Below, one piece after another: positions 36,536 to 44,176 of a stretch of 64,000 nucleotides of DNA. The position numbers were made by a program, and so were the translations under genes. Within the stretch, counting starts at the first letter, position 1; every line of letters starts with the position of its first letter. The stretch lies in assembly GCA_025451045.1 (NCBI GenBank), contig JANWLD010000001.1, forward strand, positions 471,468 through 535,467. The letters are read 5' to 3'. Under the pieces are notes generated by a model, which worked only from the letters and a program-made list of their open reading frames with translations, was not told where the DNA came from and did no database searches. The stretch is from Candidatus Saccharimonadales bacterium. Its GTDB lineage: Bacteria > Patescibacteriota > Saccharimonadia > Saccharimonadales > 2-12-FULL-41-12.

Positions 36536-36641
36536 CTTAGCTACATTATACCCGATGAGTGTTGCGGATTAACCATTTAATATCATATAGGTTATAGTTT
36601 TATAATTTTTATCTCGTTGTATTTATTTTATGCTTATTTTT

Positions 36642-36670
36642 TTGACACTTAATTCAGTTATGGAATAAAT
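36642..36670 (+). promoter_or_regulatory. Candidate promoter for the glutamine synthetase gene
   Basis: TTGACA (36642-36647), a 17-nt spacer, then ATAAAT (36665-36670), in an AT-rich 167-bp divergent spacer. Confidence 0.4.
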
Positions 36671-36702
36671 TAAGCTTGTTAAGCTAACGAGAGGGTTTAA
36701 AT

Positions 36703-38127
36703 ATGCAAGAACAAACAAATTTAAAAAAATTCTTAAAGCTATCTTATGGCGAGCTTGAACAGCGGAACCTGAAAGCACGTTTGATAACCAACCCCTCTCA
36801 AGCTCAGAAAGAACACACAGCTACCCTTAAAAAAGAAGAAAGCATAAAAGCTGTTACTGTTTATTTCTGTAACATAGAGGGTCGGTTGCATATGCTGGAT
36901 TACGACAAAAAGTTTCTGCTTAAATCAATGGATAACCTGACGTTTGACGGCTCGTCTATCAGGGGTTTTAGCGAGCTTCATGAATCCGATCTGCGTTTGT
37001 CCATAGACTGGACAAGTTTTACTTATCTGCCTACGGACGTATTCGGCCCGGGCAAAGTGGCTGTTTTTGCCAATATTGCCGATAAAGACGGCAAGGCTTA
37101 TGTCTCGGATTTTAGGGGTAGGTTACAAGATTATGCTAGGAAAATTAAATCAAGTAAAGGCCTAGAAGGCTTCATGGCTCCAGAGATAGAAGGGTTCGTG
37201 CTGGAAGGCGTTGACGTCGAGCAATCCTACAACAACCCGGAAGGTTTCAAGCCGATAACTACAGGCGGATACTATCATACGCTTCCTTTGGACAAGCTGC
37301 GTGTTTTCATAGATAACGTTGGAGAAGTATTGCGAGCTATGGGTTTTCAAAACGAAAAAGACCATCCGGAAGTTGCTCCGTCGCAGTTTGAAAGCAACTT
37401 TTCCTACACCGACATAGTAAGGGCTTGCGACCAAGTGTTGCTTTATAAGCTTGTTTGTCGCCAGATAGCCCACACCATGGGTATGACTGCTACTTTTTTG
37501 CCCAAGCCGATACAAGGGCTGAACGGAAATGGTATGCATATCAATTTTTCTCTGGCAAAAAAAGGCAAAAATATACTATACGACAAAAAAGGTTCGGACA
37601 ATCTTTCGAAAGAAGGCTGGGAGATTATCAGCAAAATACTCAACCGGGCGACGGAAATATCTCTTGTACTCAATTCAAGCGTGAACTCATACCGCCGGCT
37701 GGATCCAAACTATGAAGCGCCAAACCAAATTAAAGTTTCAGCTAATGACCGCGGTTCGATGGTGCGCGTTCCACTTGGCAACGAGCGCTCCGCGCGGATT
37801 GAAATTCGTTCGGTTTCCCCCGATGCCAATCCTTATCTGCTGCTTTATACTGTCATGAAAATCGCAACAGAGGATAAGACTCCGCAGGCGAGTGACCGCC
37901 GCCAAAGATTGCGGGTACTGCCGGGTAACATCAATGACGCTATCCGTCAGTTTAGAGCCAGCGAATTTACTACTAATTTGATGGGCCGCGAAACTAAAGA
38001 TAAATATTTGGAGTACAAGGTTGCTTCCGCCTATCGCAATCCGAAAGAACTCGGCGAGATTATAAAAGAAGCAGAAATCTTATACCACCACGAAGTTACC
38101 AACCAGTACATTTGGAGCAAATTCTAA
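36703..38127 (+). CDS. glnA: Glutamine synthetase family protein
   Basis: 474 aa with GS catalytic-domain sequence (HPEVAPSQFE, KPIQGLNGNGMHINFSL, NSYRRL, R[IV]E.R). Confidence 0.85.
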   Translation: MQEQTNLKKFLKLSYGELEQRNLKARLITNPSQAQKEHTATLKKEESIKAVTVYFCNIEGRLHMLDYDKKFLLKSMDNLTFDGSSIRGFSELHESDLRLSIDWTSFTYLPTDVFGPGKVAVFANIADKDGKAYVSDFRGRLQDYARKIKSSKGLEGFMAPEIEGFVLEGVDVEQSYNNPEGFKPITTGGYYHTLPLDKLRVFIDNVGEVLRAMGFQNEKDHPEVAPSQFESNFSYTDIVRACDQVLLYKLVCRQIAHTMGMTATFLPKPIQGLNGNGMHINFSLAKKGKNILYDKKGSDNLSKEGWEIISKILNRATEISLVLNSSVNSYRRLDPNYEAPNQIKVSANDRGSMVRVPLGNERSARIEIRSVSPDANPYLLLYTVMKIATEDKTPQASDRRQRLRVLPGNINDAIRQFRASEFTTNLMGRETKDKYLEYKVASAYRNPKELGEIIKEAEILYHHEVTNQYIWSKF

Positions 38128-38181
38128 TCTAAAAACTAATATATAAAGCAAAACAGCAATACTTATGGTAAAAATAGAGTA

Positions 38182-38904
38182 ATGCTGCCTAAAAAATGTC
38201 CTGCTTGCAAGCAAAAAACTTTATCTTACGACAATGAATATGTATTTTGCACTAGCTGCAGCATCTATAAAAAGCCGCTGAAAATTACTCAAAAACCTTT
38301 AGCTTGGGCTAATAAACGATACTGGTGGTGGCGTCTTCCAATTTTTGCGTGGTTTATCGTAATGTTCATAGATAACTTACACAATCTCGAATTTGCGTTT
38401 AACCGATTAGGCAACCCATTTTCTGCACTAGATTTTGGTATTCATGAACTCGGACACATAATTTTCTCGCCTTTCAGTGAATTTATGCACATACTTGGCG
38501 GCTCGCTGTTCCAATGTCTTTTCCCTTTGCTCTGGCTAATTGGTTTCTTACAAAAGAAGTGGTATTTTGCTGCTGCGATGTGCTGGTGCTGGCTTGGACT
38601 AAACTTATTTGATGTTGCTATTTATGTAGCCGATGCTCGCGCAAGGTTACTGCCTTTATCTATAGGTCTCGGGATTTTTGGCATAGACCCAACGGATACA
38701 GACGCAGCCTATGACCATGCTCATGATTGGTATCAGCTACTCAGTAGAACTAATCATCTAAATTCAGATTTGGCAATTGCCCATGGCCTTCGTATAGCCG
38801 CTTCGATAGTTTTCATAATTGGGTTGACGCTAGGAGGTATCCTGCTCCTTCAGATGTTAATTAGCTCAATTCAGAGACTATCAAAGAGTGCTAAAAAACT
38901 GTAG
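38182..38904 (+). CDS. Polytopic membrane protein with N-terminal zinc-ribbon (CPACK...CTSC) and an HELGH motif (possible intramembrane metalloprotease)
   Basis: 240-aa ORF with CxxC...CxxC at the N-terminus, GIHELGHIIF in a hydrophobic context, and several TM segments. The functional call is tentative. Confidence 0.75.
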   Translation: MLPKKCPACKQKTLSYDNEYVFCTSCSIYKKPLKITQKPLAWANKRYWWWRLPIFAWFIVMFIDNLHNLEFAFNRLGNPFSALDFGIHELGHIIFSPFSEFMHILGGSLFQCLFPLLWLIGFLQKKWYFAAAMCWCWLGLNLFDVAIYVADARARLLPLSIGLGIFGIDPTDTDAAYDHAHDWYQLLSRTNHLNSDLAIAHGLRIAASIVFIIGLTLGGILLLQMLISSIQRLSKSAKKL

Positions 38905-38934
38905 AATACAATTAACACCTTAAGCATAAAAACT

Positions 38935-40383
38935 ATGGAACCAAACTCAAACCTACCCGAAACTAATAATAATCCTGTTTCTAATCCATCAGAGCATGCC
39001 AACCATTCTGCTAATCCTCAGGCATTTAGCCATGAAAAAATCATCACGCCAATCAACAGTGATATTAAGCCTGAAGAACCAACAACTCCTGTTGGAGTTG
39101 CCCCGGTACCGGCAAACAATTTGCCATCAACCACGCCAGCTCTTACGCAGCCTGCACAGCCTTCAACAGCGGCTGAACCCATGCCGCCCACTAACTCTGC
39201 TCAGCAGGAGCCGGAGTGGAAGCCGACAAATTCTTTGCGTAAAAACTTACTGGAAGCTCTATTTGTTTTTACTATAGCTGCCGCTGCAGGTGCCGTATTT
39301 CATCTTTGGTACAGATTAGTTGTCAAAATATTGCCCAACTCAGTATCTTTCTGTAGTAATACCGACCATAATGCAATCAGTTTCGCATGTCACGGAACGC
39401 TATTCGGCAACTTTTTTACCTTTATTACGCTGTTCTCGTTCGCTAGTTATTTAAGTTATCGCTTGCTCAAGAAAAGTAACACGCTAGCTTTTTACTATGG
39501 CGGTTTTTTCGTTGCCTCGTTGTTTTTTCTTGAAACGGCTTTGGTTTTTGACTTCCAGGCAACCTACAAATTACGCTGGCTGTTTGTGAATAGCCCCCTT
39601 TGGAATAATTGGCTAACTCCTGCGTTGGTGTCAGGTATATTCACGCTGGCTTTTTATGCACTCATTAAATACACGGTGCCCTTAGTCAAAACGATACTTG
39701 GCTTTCTATACGTTGGGATAATTGCTTTGTCATTAATATTCATGCCCAGCTTAGTTAATAATTTTGTTAGCCAGCAAAGCAATAAAGGCAGCCAGGAAGT
39801 CGAAAATCAGGTTATTGAAAATGTCAAAAATTCTGACATTAAGCTCTACGCACCAAAAAACTACCCCGGCCCATTAAAATTGAGCTCTGTGCAGGCTTTG
39901 ATTGCCAATCCTGATTTAATCCCGCGTTATGAGCTTTTTTATAATTTTTCAAACCTGCATTCGAACCAGTCCTGGGACACAATTGTGCATATCTATAAAG
40001 GGTCAGCGAATGACTTTAACCCACCGGCTAATTGTGGTGACGGTTCGCCAAGTTCTGAAAAATATAAATCAACGCTTACATATCCTTGTAAGGTCGTATT
40101 AAAAACAAAACGAGGCCGTGCGGTATACGGTTATCTGTCACCATCTAAGCTGCAATATTATAAAATTGACCCAAATTCAGATGACATTAAGAAAATACAG
40201 CCAGATATTTTCTATATTCCCATGGGTGAGGATGTAATTAGCTTTAGTGACCCAGCTAGCAATGAAGATGATAAAAGTCCGCTTACACCGGCAGTTATTA
40301 AAGAATTTGTTGATAGCCTCGAGCCTTTAACTAGCACTGAGCTCGAGCAGTTTATTAATCACTACATATTGCTGAAAAGTTAG
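38935..40383 (+). CDS. Hypothetical membrane protein with Pro/Thr/Asn-rich N-terminal region
   Basis: 482-aa ORF with a low-complexity N-terminal region of about 100 aa, then 5-6 hydrophobic helices and a C-terminal soluble domain. No family recognised. Confidence 0.8.
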   Translation: MEPNSNLPETNNNPVSNPSEHANHSANPQAFSHEKIITPINSDIKPEEPTTPVGVAPVPANNLPSTTPALTQPAQPSTAAEPMPPTNSAQQEPEWKPTNSLRKNLLEALFVFTIAAAAGAVFHLWYRLVVKILPNSVSFCSNTDHNAISFACHGTLFGNFFTFITLFSFASYLSYRLLKKSNTLAFYYGGFFVASLFFLETALVFDFQATYKLRWLFVNSPLWNNWLTPALVSGIFTLAFYALIKYTVPLVKTILGFLYVGIIALSLIFMPSLVNNFVSQQSNKGSQEVENQVIENVKNSDIKLYAPKNYPGPLKLSSVQALIANPDLIPRYELFYNFSNLHSNQSWDTIVHIYKGSANDFNPPANCGDGSPSSEKYKSTLTYPCKVVLKTKRGRAVYGYLSPSKLQYYKIDPNSDDIKKIQPDIFYIPMGEDVISFSDPASNEDDKSPLTPAVIKEFVDSLEPLTSTELEQFINHYILLKS

Positions 40384-40463
40384 TGTTACGAAGACCTATA
40401 GTTCTTCGAGCGTATTCACAGAAATAAACAAAAGCACCTTTTCTATAAACTTAAAAGCTCGAA

Positions 40464-40500
40464 CCAAACTAAAAACACCCTAACGGGTGCTTTAGTTTGG
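40464..40500. terminator. Long perfect hairpin (candidate bidirectional terminator) overlapping the tRNA-Tyr CCA end
   Basis: CCAAACTAAA (40464-40473) pairs with TTTAGTTTGG (40491-40500), with an inner CACCC/GGGTG stem. It lies between the convergent membrane-protein gene and tRNA-Tyr. Confidence 0.55.
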
Positions 40501-40583
40501 TGCAGGGTGTAGGATTCGAACCTACGAAGGCATAAGCCATCAGATTTACAGTCTGACGTGTTTGACCGCTTCACTAACCCTGC
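40498..40583 (-). tRNA. tRNA-Tyr (anticodon GTA), CCA encoded
   Basis: A hand fold of the reverse complement gives acceptor GCAGGGT/ACCCTGC, anticodon arm TCAGA-CTGTAAA-TCTGA, a long variable arm, T-arm GTAGG-TTCGAAT-CCTAC, and ACCA at the 3' end. Confidence 0.9.
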
Positions 40584-40656
40584 CCAGTAGTAGACTTTTG
40601 AGTATAATTGCTTTAAGCAATTATAAAGTAAAACTTTTCAAAAGCTCACTACTGGG
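40583..40656 (+). repeat. Family B-type imperfect hairpin, copy B3 (non-coding), in the tRNA-Thr/tRNA-Tyr spacer
   Basis: The 5' arm CCCAGTAGTAGACTTTTGA (40583-40601) and 3' arm TCAAAAGCTCACTACTGGG (40638-40656) reproduce the B1/B2 stem core GTAGTAGA / CTCACTAC. The interior carries the palindrome TATAATTGC...GCAATTATA. Confidence 0.75.
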
Positions 40657-40681
40657 CCTGCTAGTTATTAACTTGTTAATA

Positions 40682-40758
40682 TGGAGCCACCTGTCGGATT
40701 CGAACCGACGACCTACTGTTTACAAAACAGCCGCTCTAACCAACTGAGCTAAGGTGGC
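40682..40758 (-). tRNA. tRNA-Thr (anticodon TGT), CCA encoded
   Basis: The reverse complement GCCACCTTAGCTCAGTTGGTTAGAGCGGCTGTTTTGTAAACAGTAGGTCGTCGGTTCGAATCCGACAGGTGGCTCCA folds as a canonical cloverleaf. Confidence 0.92.
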
Positions 40759-40805
40759 AAATTCAATTTATAACAGTTGTAAATTGTAGCAAAAACAGCA
40801 AATTA

Positions 40806-40835
40806 TTGCTAGATTAATGGGTAAAGCACTATACT
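40806..40835 (+). promoter_or_regulatory. Candidate promoter for the LAGLIDADG-like ORF / tRNA-Thr(GGT)
   Basis: TTGCTA (40806-40811), an 18-nt spacer, then TATACT (40830-40835). Confidence 0.3.
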
Positions 40836-40859
40836 GACTTGGGGTATGCTATATCAATA

Positions 40860-41444
40860 ATGATAACAAGAAATACTTTAATTAAACTATATATCGAAGA
40901 TAAACTATCAATGACGGAGATAGCTAAAAAGCTTGGCTGTTCGGTTCACAAAATTACCTACTGGATGGATATTTACGAAATAAAAAGAAGAAGCATAAGC
41001 GAAGCCATTTATCAGAAAAATAATCCAAATGGCGATCCATTTAAAATTGCTACAATTAAATCCATAAAAAAAGCAAAATTATATGGGCTGGGTATAGGTT
41101 TATATTGGGGTGAAGGTACTAAAGCAAGTAAAAATTCTGTTAGGCTGGGGAATTCCGACCCTATGTTGTTGAATATTTTTATCAAATTTCTTCAAGAATG
41201 TTTTAATGTTGATAAAAAAGATTTAAGATTTGGACTGCAGATTTTTTCTGATATTGATCCAACCGATGCGTTAAAATATTGGTCAAGTGAGCTTGACGCA
41301 AAACTTTCACAATTTTATAAGGTTCACGTTACTATATCGGGGTCTGTTGGCACCTATCGTCACAAAAGCAAGTATGGAGTCGTTACAATTTATTTTAATA
41401 ATAAAAAGCTACGGGATATACTTGTGGGCATGTTGCCGCGATAG
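40860..41444 (+). CDS. HTH + LAGLIDADG-like homing-endonuclease-family protein (free-standing)
   Basis: The N-terminal sequence LSMTEIAKKLGCSVHKITYW is HTH-like. LYGLGIGLYWGEGTK resembles a LAGLIDADG motif, followed by an LLNIFIKFL-type helix. The ATG at 40860 is chosen over the track TTG at 40839. The stop lies 10 nt inside tRNA-Thr(GGT). Confidence 0.65.
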   Translation: MITRNTLIKLYIEDKLSMTEIAKKLGCSVHKITYWMDIYEIKRRSISEAIYQKNNPNGDPFKIATIKSIKKAKLYGLGIGLYWGEGTKASKNSVRLGNSDPMLLNIFIKFLQECFNVDKKDLRFGLQIFSDIDPTDALKYWSSELDAKLSQFYKVHVTISGSVGTYRHKSKYGVVTIYFNNKKLRDILVGMLPR

Positions 41445-41511
41445 CTCAGTTGGTAGAGCGTTTGCATGGTAAGCAAAAGGTTCCCGGGTTCAAATCCCGG
41501 TCGCGGCTCCA
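41435..41511 (+). tRNA. tRNA-Thr (anticodon GGT), CCA encoded
   Basis: GCCGCGATAGCTCAGTTGGTAGAGCGTTTGCATGGTAAGCAAAAGGTTCCCGGGTTCAAATCCCGGTCGCGGCTCCA folds as a cloverleaf. By my hand fold there is one extra nucleotide in the variable region. Confidence 0.85.
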
Positions 41512-41555
41512 TTGTTTACAGATAAGCATTAATCTGTTAAACTTTTAAACTCAAT

Positions 41556-41759
41556 ATGGCAAAAAGCGACAAACGAAAACTTGTTGGTATGGTGTCCGAA
41601 GAAACCGGACACAGGACTTACTATACCCGCAAAAATGTCGTTAATACTCCCGACAAGCTTGAATTGCGCAAATACGACCCAATTGCCCGAAAACATGTTT
41701 TATACGTTGAAACCAAGAAAAACTTAGGCCGCAACGAAGTTAAACCCCGCAAGAAATAA
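41556..41759 (+). CDS. rpmG: 50S ribosomal protein L33 (Cys-less form, basic C-terminal extension)
   Basis: The L33 pattern is present: ...[35 protein letters not shown]. Confidence 0.88.
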   Translation: MAKSDKRKLVGMVSEETGHRTYYTRKNVVNTPDKLELRKYDPIARKHVLYVETKKNLGRNEVKPRKK

Positions 41760-41770
41760 TTCGAATTTAC

Positions 41771-42514
41771 CTAAACGCGCTGAGGATTTGTGTCGTGTCC
41801 CAGCTCGGATAATGTTTCAATGACCTCTTCTTTGTCCAGATTTTCAAGCTTTAGGTGGTCTTTAAGCGCTATCACGTAACCCTGTATCATGTGTTTCATA
41901 TGTATGGCATCTTTACGCCAAAGATAATTGACAGAGAAGTGATCTTGGCTAGTCAGACCCCTAATAGCTATATGAAGCGAACCGAAAAACGGCCCCACGT
42001 TAGCTGTTATATTCAATATTTCTTCAACCTGTATACTCAGCGTTTTACTAGACCAAAAAAAATTCCTTTGAGTAAAGGTCAGTTTTCTTCTATCGAGGGT
42101 TATGGTATCGGGGAAGAGGGTCAAAGGGAAGATAGTAGTCGCTTCAGCCATTATCTCATGGGATTGTCTGACTATAGTTTTTATTTCCTCGCGCGTTGCT
42201 TCATTAGGGTCGGTACTTTGAATGACAGGTTTGTTTTGGTCGTCAGTAGAATTAATAGTATAAGGCCAAGCTATCGATTCGGCGGAGCCATCGGACATTT
42301 CAGTACGTGCCGACAAGCCAATCTCTTTTGTCAGTAATTCTCTGACTTGGAAAAAACTACGGGTTGCCAAGTTGCCAATTTTCTTTCTGGCACCTGGGAC
42401 TTTCAAATAATAATTAAGCGAACGAGGGCTCAAGTGGGCGCGCAGCCTAGTGTGTCGGCTCTTGTTTACAGTTTGTTTACTGTTCATCGCTACTGCCCTC
42501 CGCAATACATACAT
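41771..42514 (-). CDS. Hypothetical protein, possible bacterial PH-like (DUF304-type) C-terminal domain
   Basis: 247-aa ORF. The segment DTITLDRRKLTFTQRNFFWSSKTLSIQVEEILNI...GSLHIAIRG resembles bPH-domain repeats, which is only a weak call. The start may instead be the internal MNSKQ. Confidence 0.6.
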   Translation of the reverse strand: MYVLRRAVAMNSKQTVNKSRHTRLRAHLSPRSLNYYLKVPGARKKIGNLATRSFFQVRELLTKEIGLSARTEMSDGSAESIAWPYTINSTDDQNKPVIQSTDPNEATREEIKTIVRQSHEIMAEATTIFPLTLFPDTITLDRRKLTFTQRNFFWSSKTLSIQVEEILNITANVGPFFGSLHIAIRGLTSQDHFSVNYLWRKDAIHMKHMIQGYVIALKDHLKLENLDKEEVIETLSELGHDTNPQRV

Positions 42515-42573
42515 TATACCCTATTTAATAGGAATTTAAGAATAAAGTCCTATAAATTGATTGCGCGCCTTTT

Positions 42574-42650
42574 TGGCAGGAGTGGAGGGAATCGAACCCC
42601 CGACCTACGGTTTTGGAGACCGTCGCTCTAGCCAACTGAGCTACACTCCT
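42574..42650 (-). tRNA. tRNA-Trp (anticodon CCA), CCA encoded
   Basis: The reverse complement AGGAGTGTAGCTCAGTTGGCTAGAGCGACGGTCTCCAAAACCGTAGGTCGGGGGTTCGATTCCCTCCACTCCTGCCA folds as a canonical cloverleaf. Confidence 0.92.
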
Positions 42651-42765
42651 ATCAAAAAAACACGAGCCAAGACTGAGCCTAAATTCATTAACAATTGTAT
42701 CAGACCGCCCGAGCGGCCCGTTTAAATTGTGTTAATTCCTCTGATTTGTTATAAAATAACTTAAT

Positions 42766-43434
42766 ATGCAGAGCAAGACGCTGGCAAAAAAGCCATTTTT
42801 ATTGATTTTGTACGGATACCCGGGTTCAGGAAAATCCACTTTTGCCCGGCAGTTCGCTGGCGAAGTTCAAAACACCATCCATATCAACACTGACAAAGTT
42901 CACAAGGAACTGGGCCGCGAATTGAAAAGAAAAGGCGTTGATAACTTGGATATTTACGACCCTTTGGTTGAATACATGACTCGAGAGTATGTAAAAAGCG
43001 GTTTTAATGTCATTTTGGATATGCCGATGAGCAAGAAATCCGAGCGTCGCCGGATCCAAAACCTATCCAAAGACTTGAACGTTAAAATAGTGATGGCTTG
43101 GTTGCAGATAGACGCGGATAGCGCCTTTGATAGGCTGAAAAAGCGCGATAAACGAAAGATAAACGACAAATACGCCCGAAATTATACTCGAAGTGAGTTT
43201 GAGTCCGCGGTTAATTCCAGCCAGAATCCTAACGGCGAAGATTATGTTGTTATTAGCGGCAAGCACGCCTTTAATACCCAGAAGCTGGCAGTCACGAAAC
43301 GGCTGCGGGAAATGGGTATTGTCGGTTCCGAGTTCGCGATAAATAGAAGTATTAAACCGGAGCTGGTAAATCTTATTCCGCAAACATTGCGCGGCCGAGG
43401 TGATATCAAGCGCCGCGATATTTCAATTCGTTAA
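42766..43434 (+). CDS. P-loop kinase (AAA_33 / zeta-toxin-like fold family)
   Basis: Walker A motif LYGYPGSGKSTFARQF. The 222-aa length is typical of small nucleotide or metabolite kinases. Confidence 0.75.
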   Translation: MQSKTLAKKPFLLILYGYPGSGKSTFARQFAGEVQNTIHINTDKVHKELGRELKRKGVDNLDIYDPLVEYMTREYVKSGFNVILDMPMSKKSERRRIQNLSKDLNVKIVMAWLQIDADSAFDRLKKRDKRKINDKYARNYTRSEFESAVNSSQNPNGEDYVVISGKHAFNTQKLAVTKRLREMGIVGSEFAINRSIKPELVNLIPQTLRGRGDIKRRDISIR

Positions 43435-44134
43435 AACTGTGGCCTCTTCTGAAGTAATTGTAAAAAATATCGGCACGGTAAAGATTTTTCGCCGCAAGGG
43501 GCTTAAAAATATCAGGCTAACGCTGGGCCATGACGGCATTATCCGGCTTAGTATCCCTTGGTATGTACCCCGTTCAGCTGGCCTCAGGTTTTTAAACTCT
43601 AAGCACGAGTGGATAAAGAAACATCAAAAACAACCGCCAGCTGGCTGGCAGGACGGCCAAAAGCTGGCCAATACCTACACTCTGAAAATTATCAATACGG
43701 ACAAAAAACTGGCCGGCACGGCTTTGCTCAATGATACTTTTGAAGTCCACGTACCTAAAAACTTAAGCGAACTCCAGACCCGCCAGCTTATAGACAAGCG
43801 GGTAGTCGCTTTCTTAAAGACCCAGTGTGAGCTTAACCTTGTCCCGACGCTGAAAGATATAGCTGCGCAAAACGGCCTCAAGGTAAACGGGGTACGGATA
43901 AAAAAGCTTAAATCACGCTGGGGCAGCTGTAATCAGAATAAGATAATTAACCTGAACGTCATGCTGGTCAACCTGCCGGCTGATTTGGCCAAATACGTAT
44001 TGGCGCATGAACTGGCTCACACTAAACATTTGAACCATGGAAAAGAGTTCTGGCAGATGGTTGAAAAAATCTTTCCCGACTATCAAAACCGCCGCAAACT
44101 TCTTAAACAGTACAATCCTGCCGGATTTTTCTAA
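43400..44134 (+). CDS. YgjP/DUF45-family zinc metallohydrolase (HExxH)
   Basis: The sequence WGSCNQNKIINLNVMLVNLP...LAHELAHTKHLNHGKEFW...PDYQNRRKLL matches the DUF45 pattern. The true start may be the GTG at 43439 rather than 43400. Confidence 0.8.
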   Translation: MISSAAIFQFVKTVASSEVIVKNIGTVKIFRRKGLKNIRLTLGHDGIIRLSIPWYVPRSAGLRFLNSKHEWIKKHQKQPPAGWQDGQKLANTYTLKIINTDKKLAGTALLNDTFEVHVPKNLSELQTRQLIDKRVVAFLKTQCELNLVPTLKDIAAQNGLKVNGVRIKKLKSRWGSCNQNKIINLNVMLVNLPADLAKYVLAHELAHTKHLNHGKEFWQMVEKIFPDYQNRRKLLKQYNPAGFF

Positions 44135-44176
44135 AGCTTAAGCTATAATAAGCTTAAGTGAATTGAACTAACTTGT

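Noticed and set aside
36587-36599. ATAGGTTATAGTT in the glnA upstream spacer matching the family A heptad motif
   Set aside because: It is only a 13-nt match in AT-rich DNA, without the complementary arm or the conserved flanks. It is probably chance or, at most, an unrecognisable relic.
40562-40747. 61-aa plus-strand ORF
   Set aside because: It spans the complements of tRNA-Tyr and tRNA-Thr plus the structured spacer, so it cannot be a real CDS.
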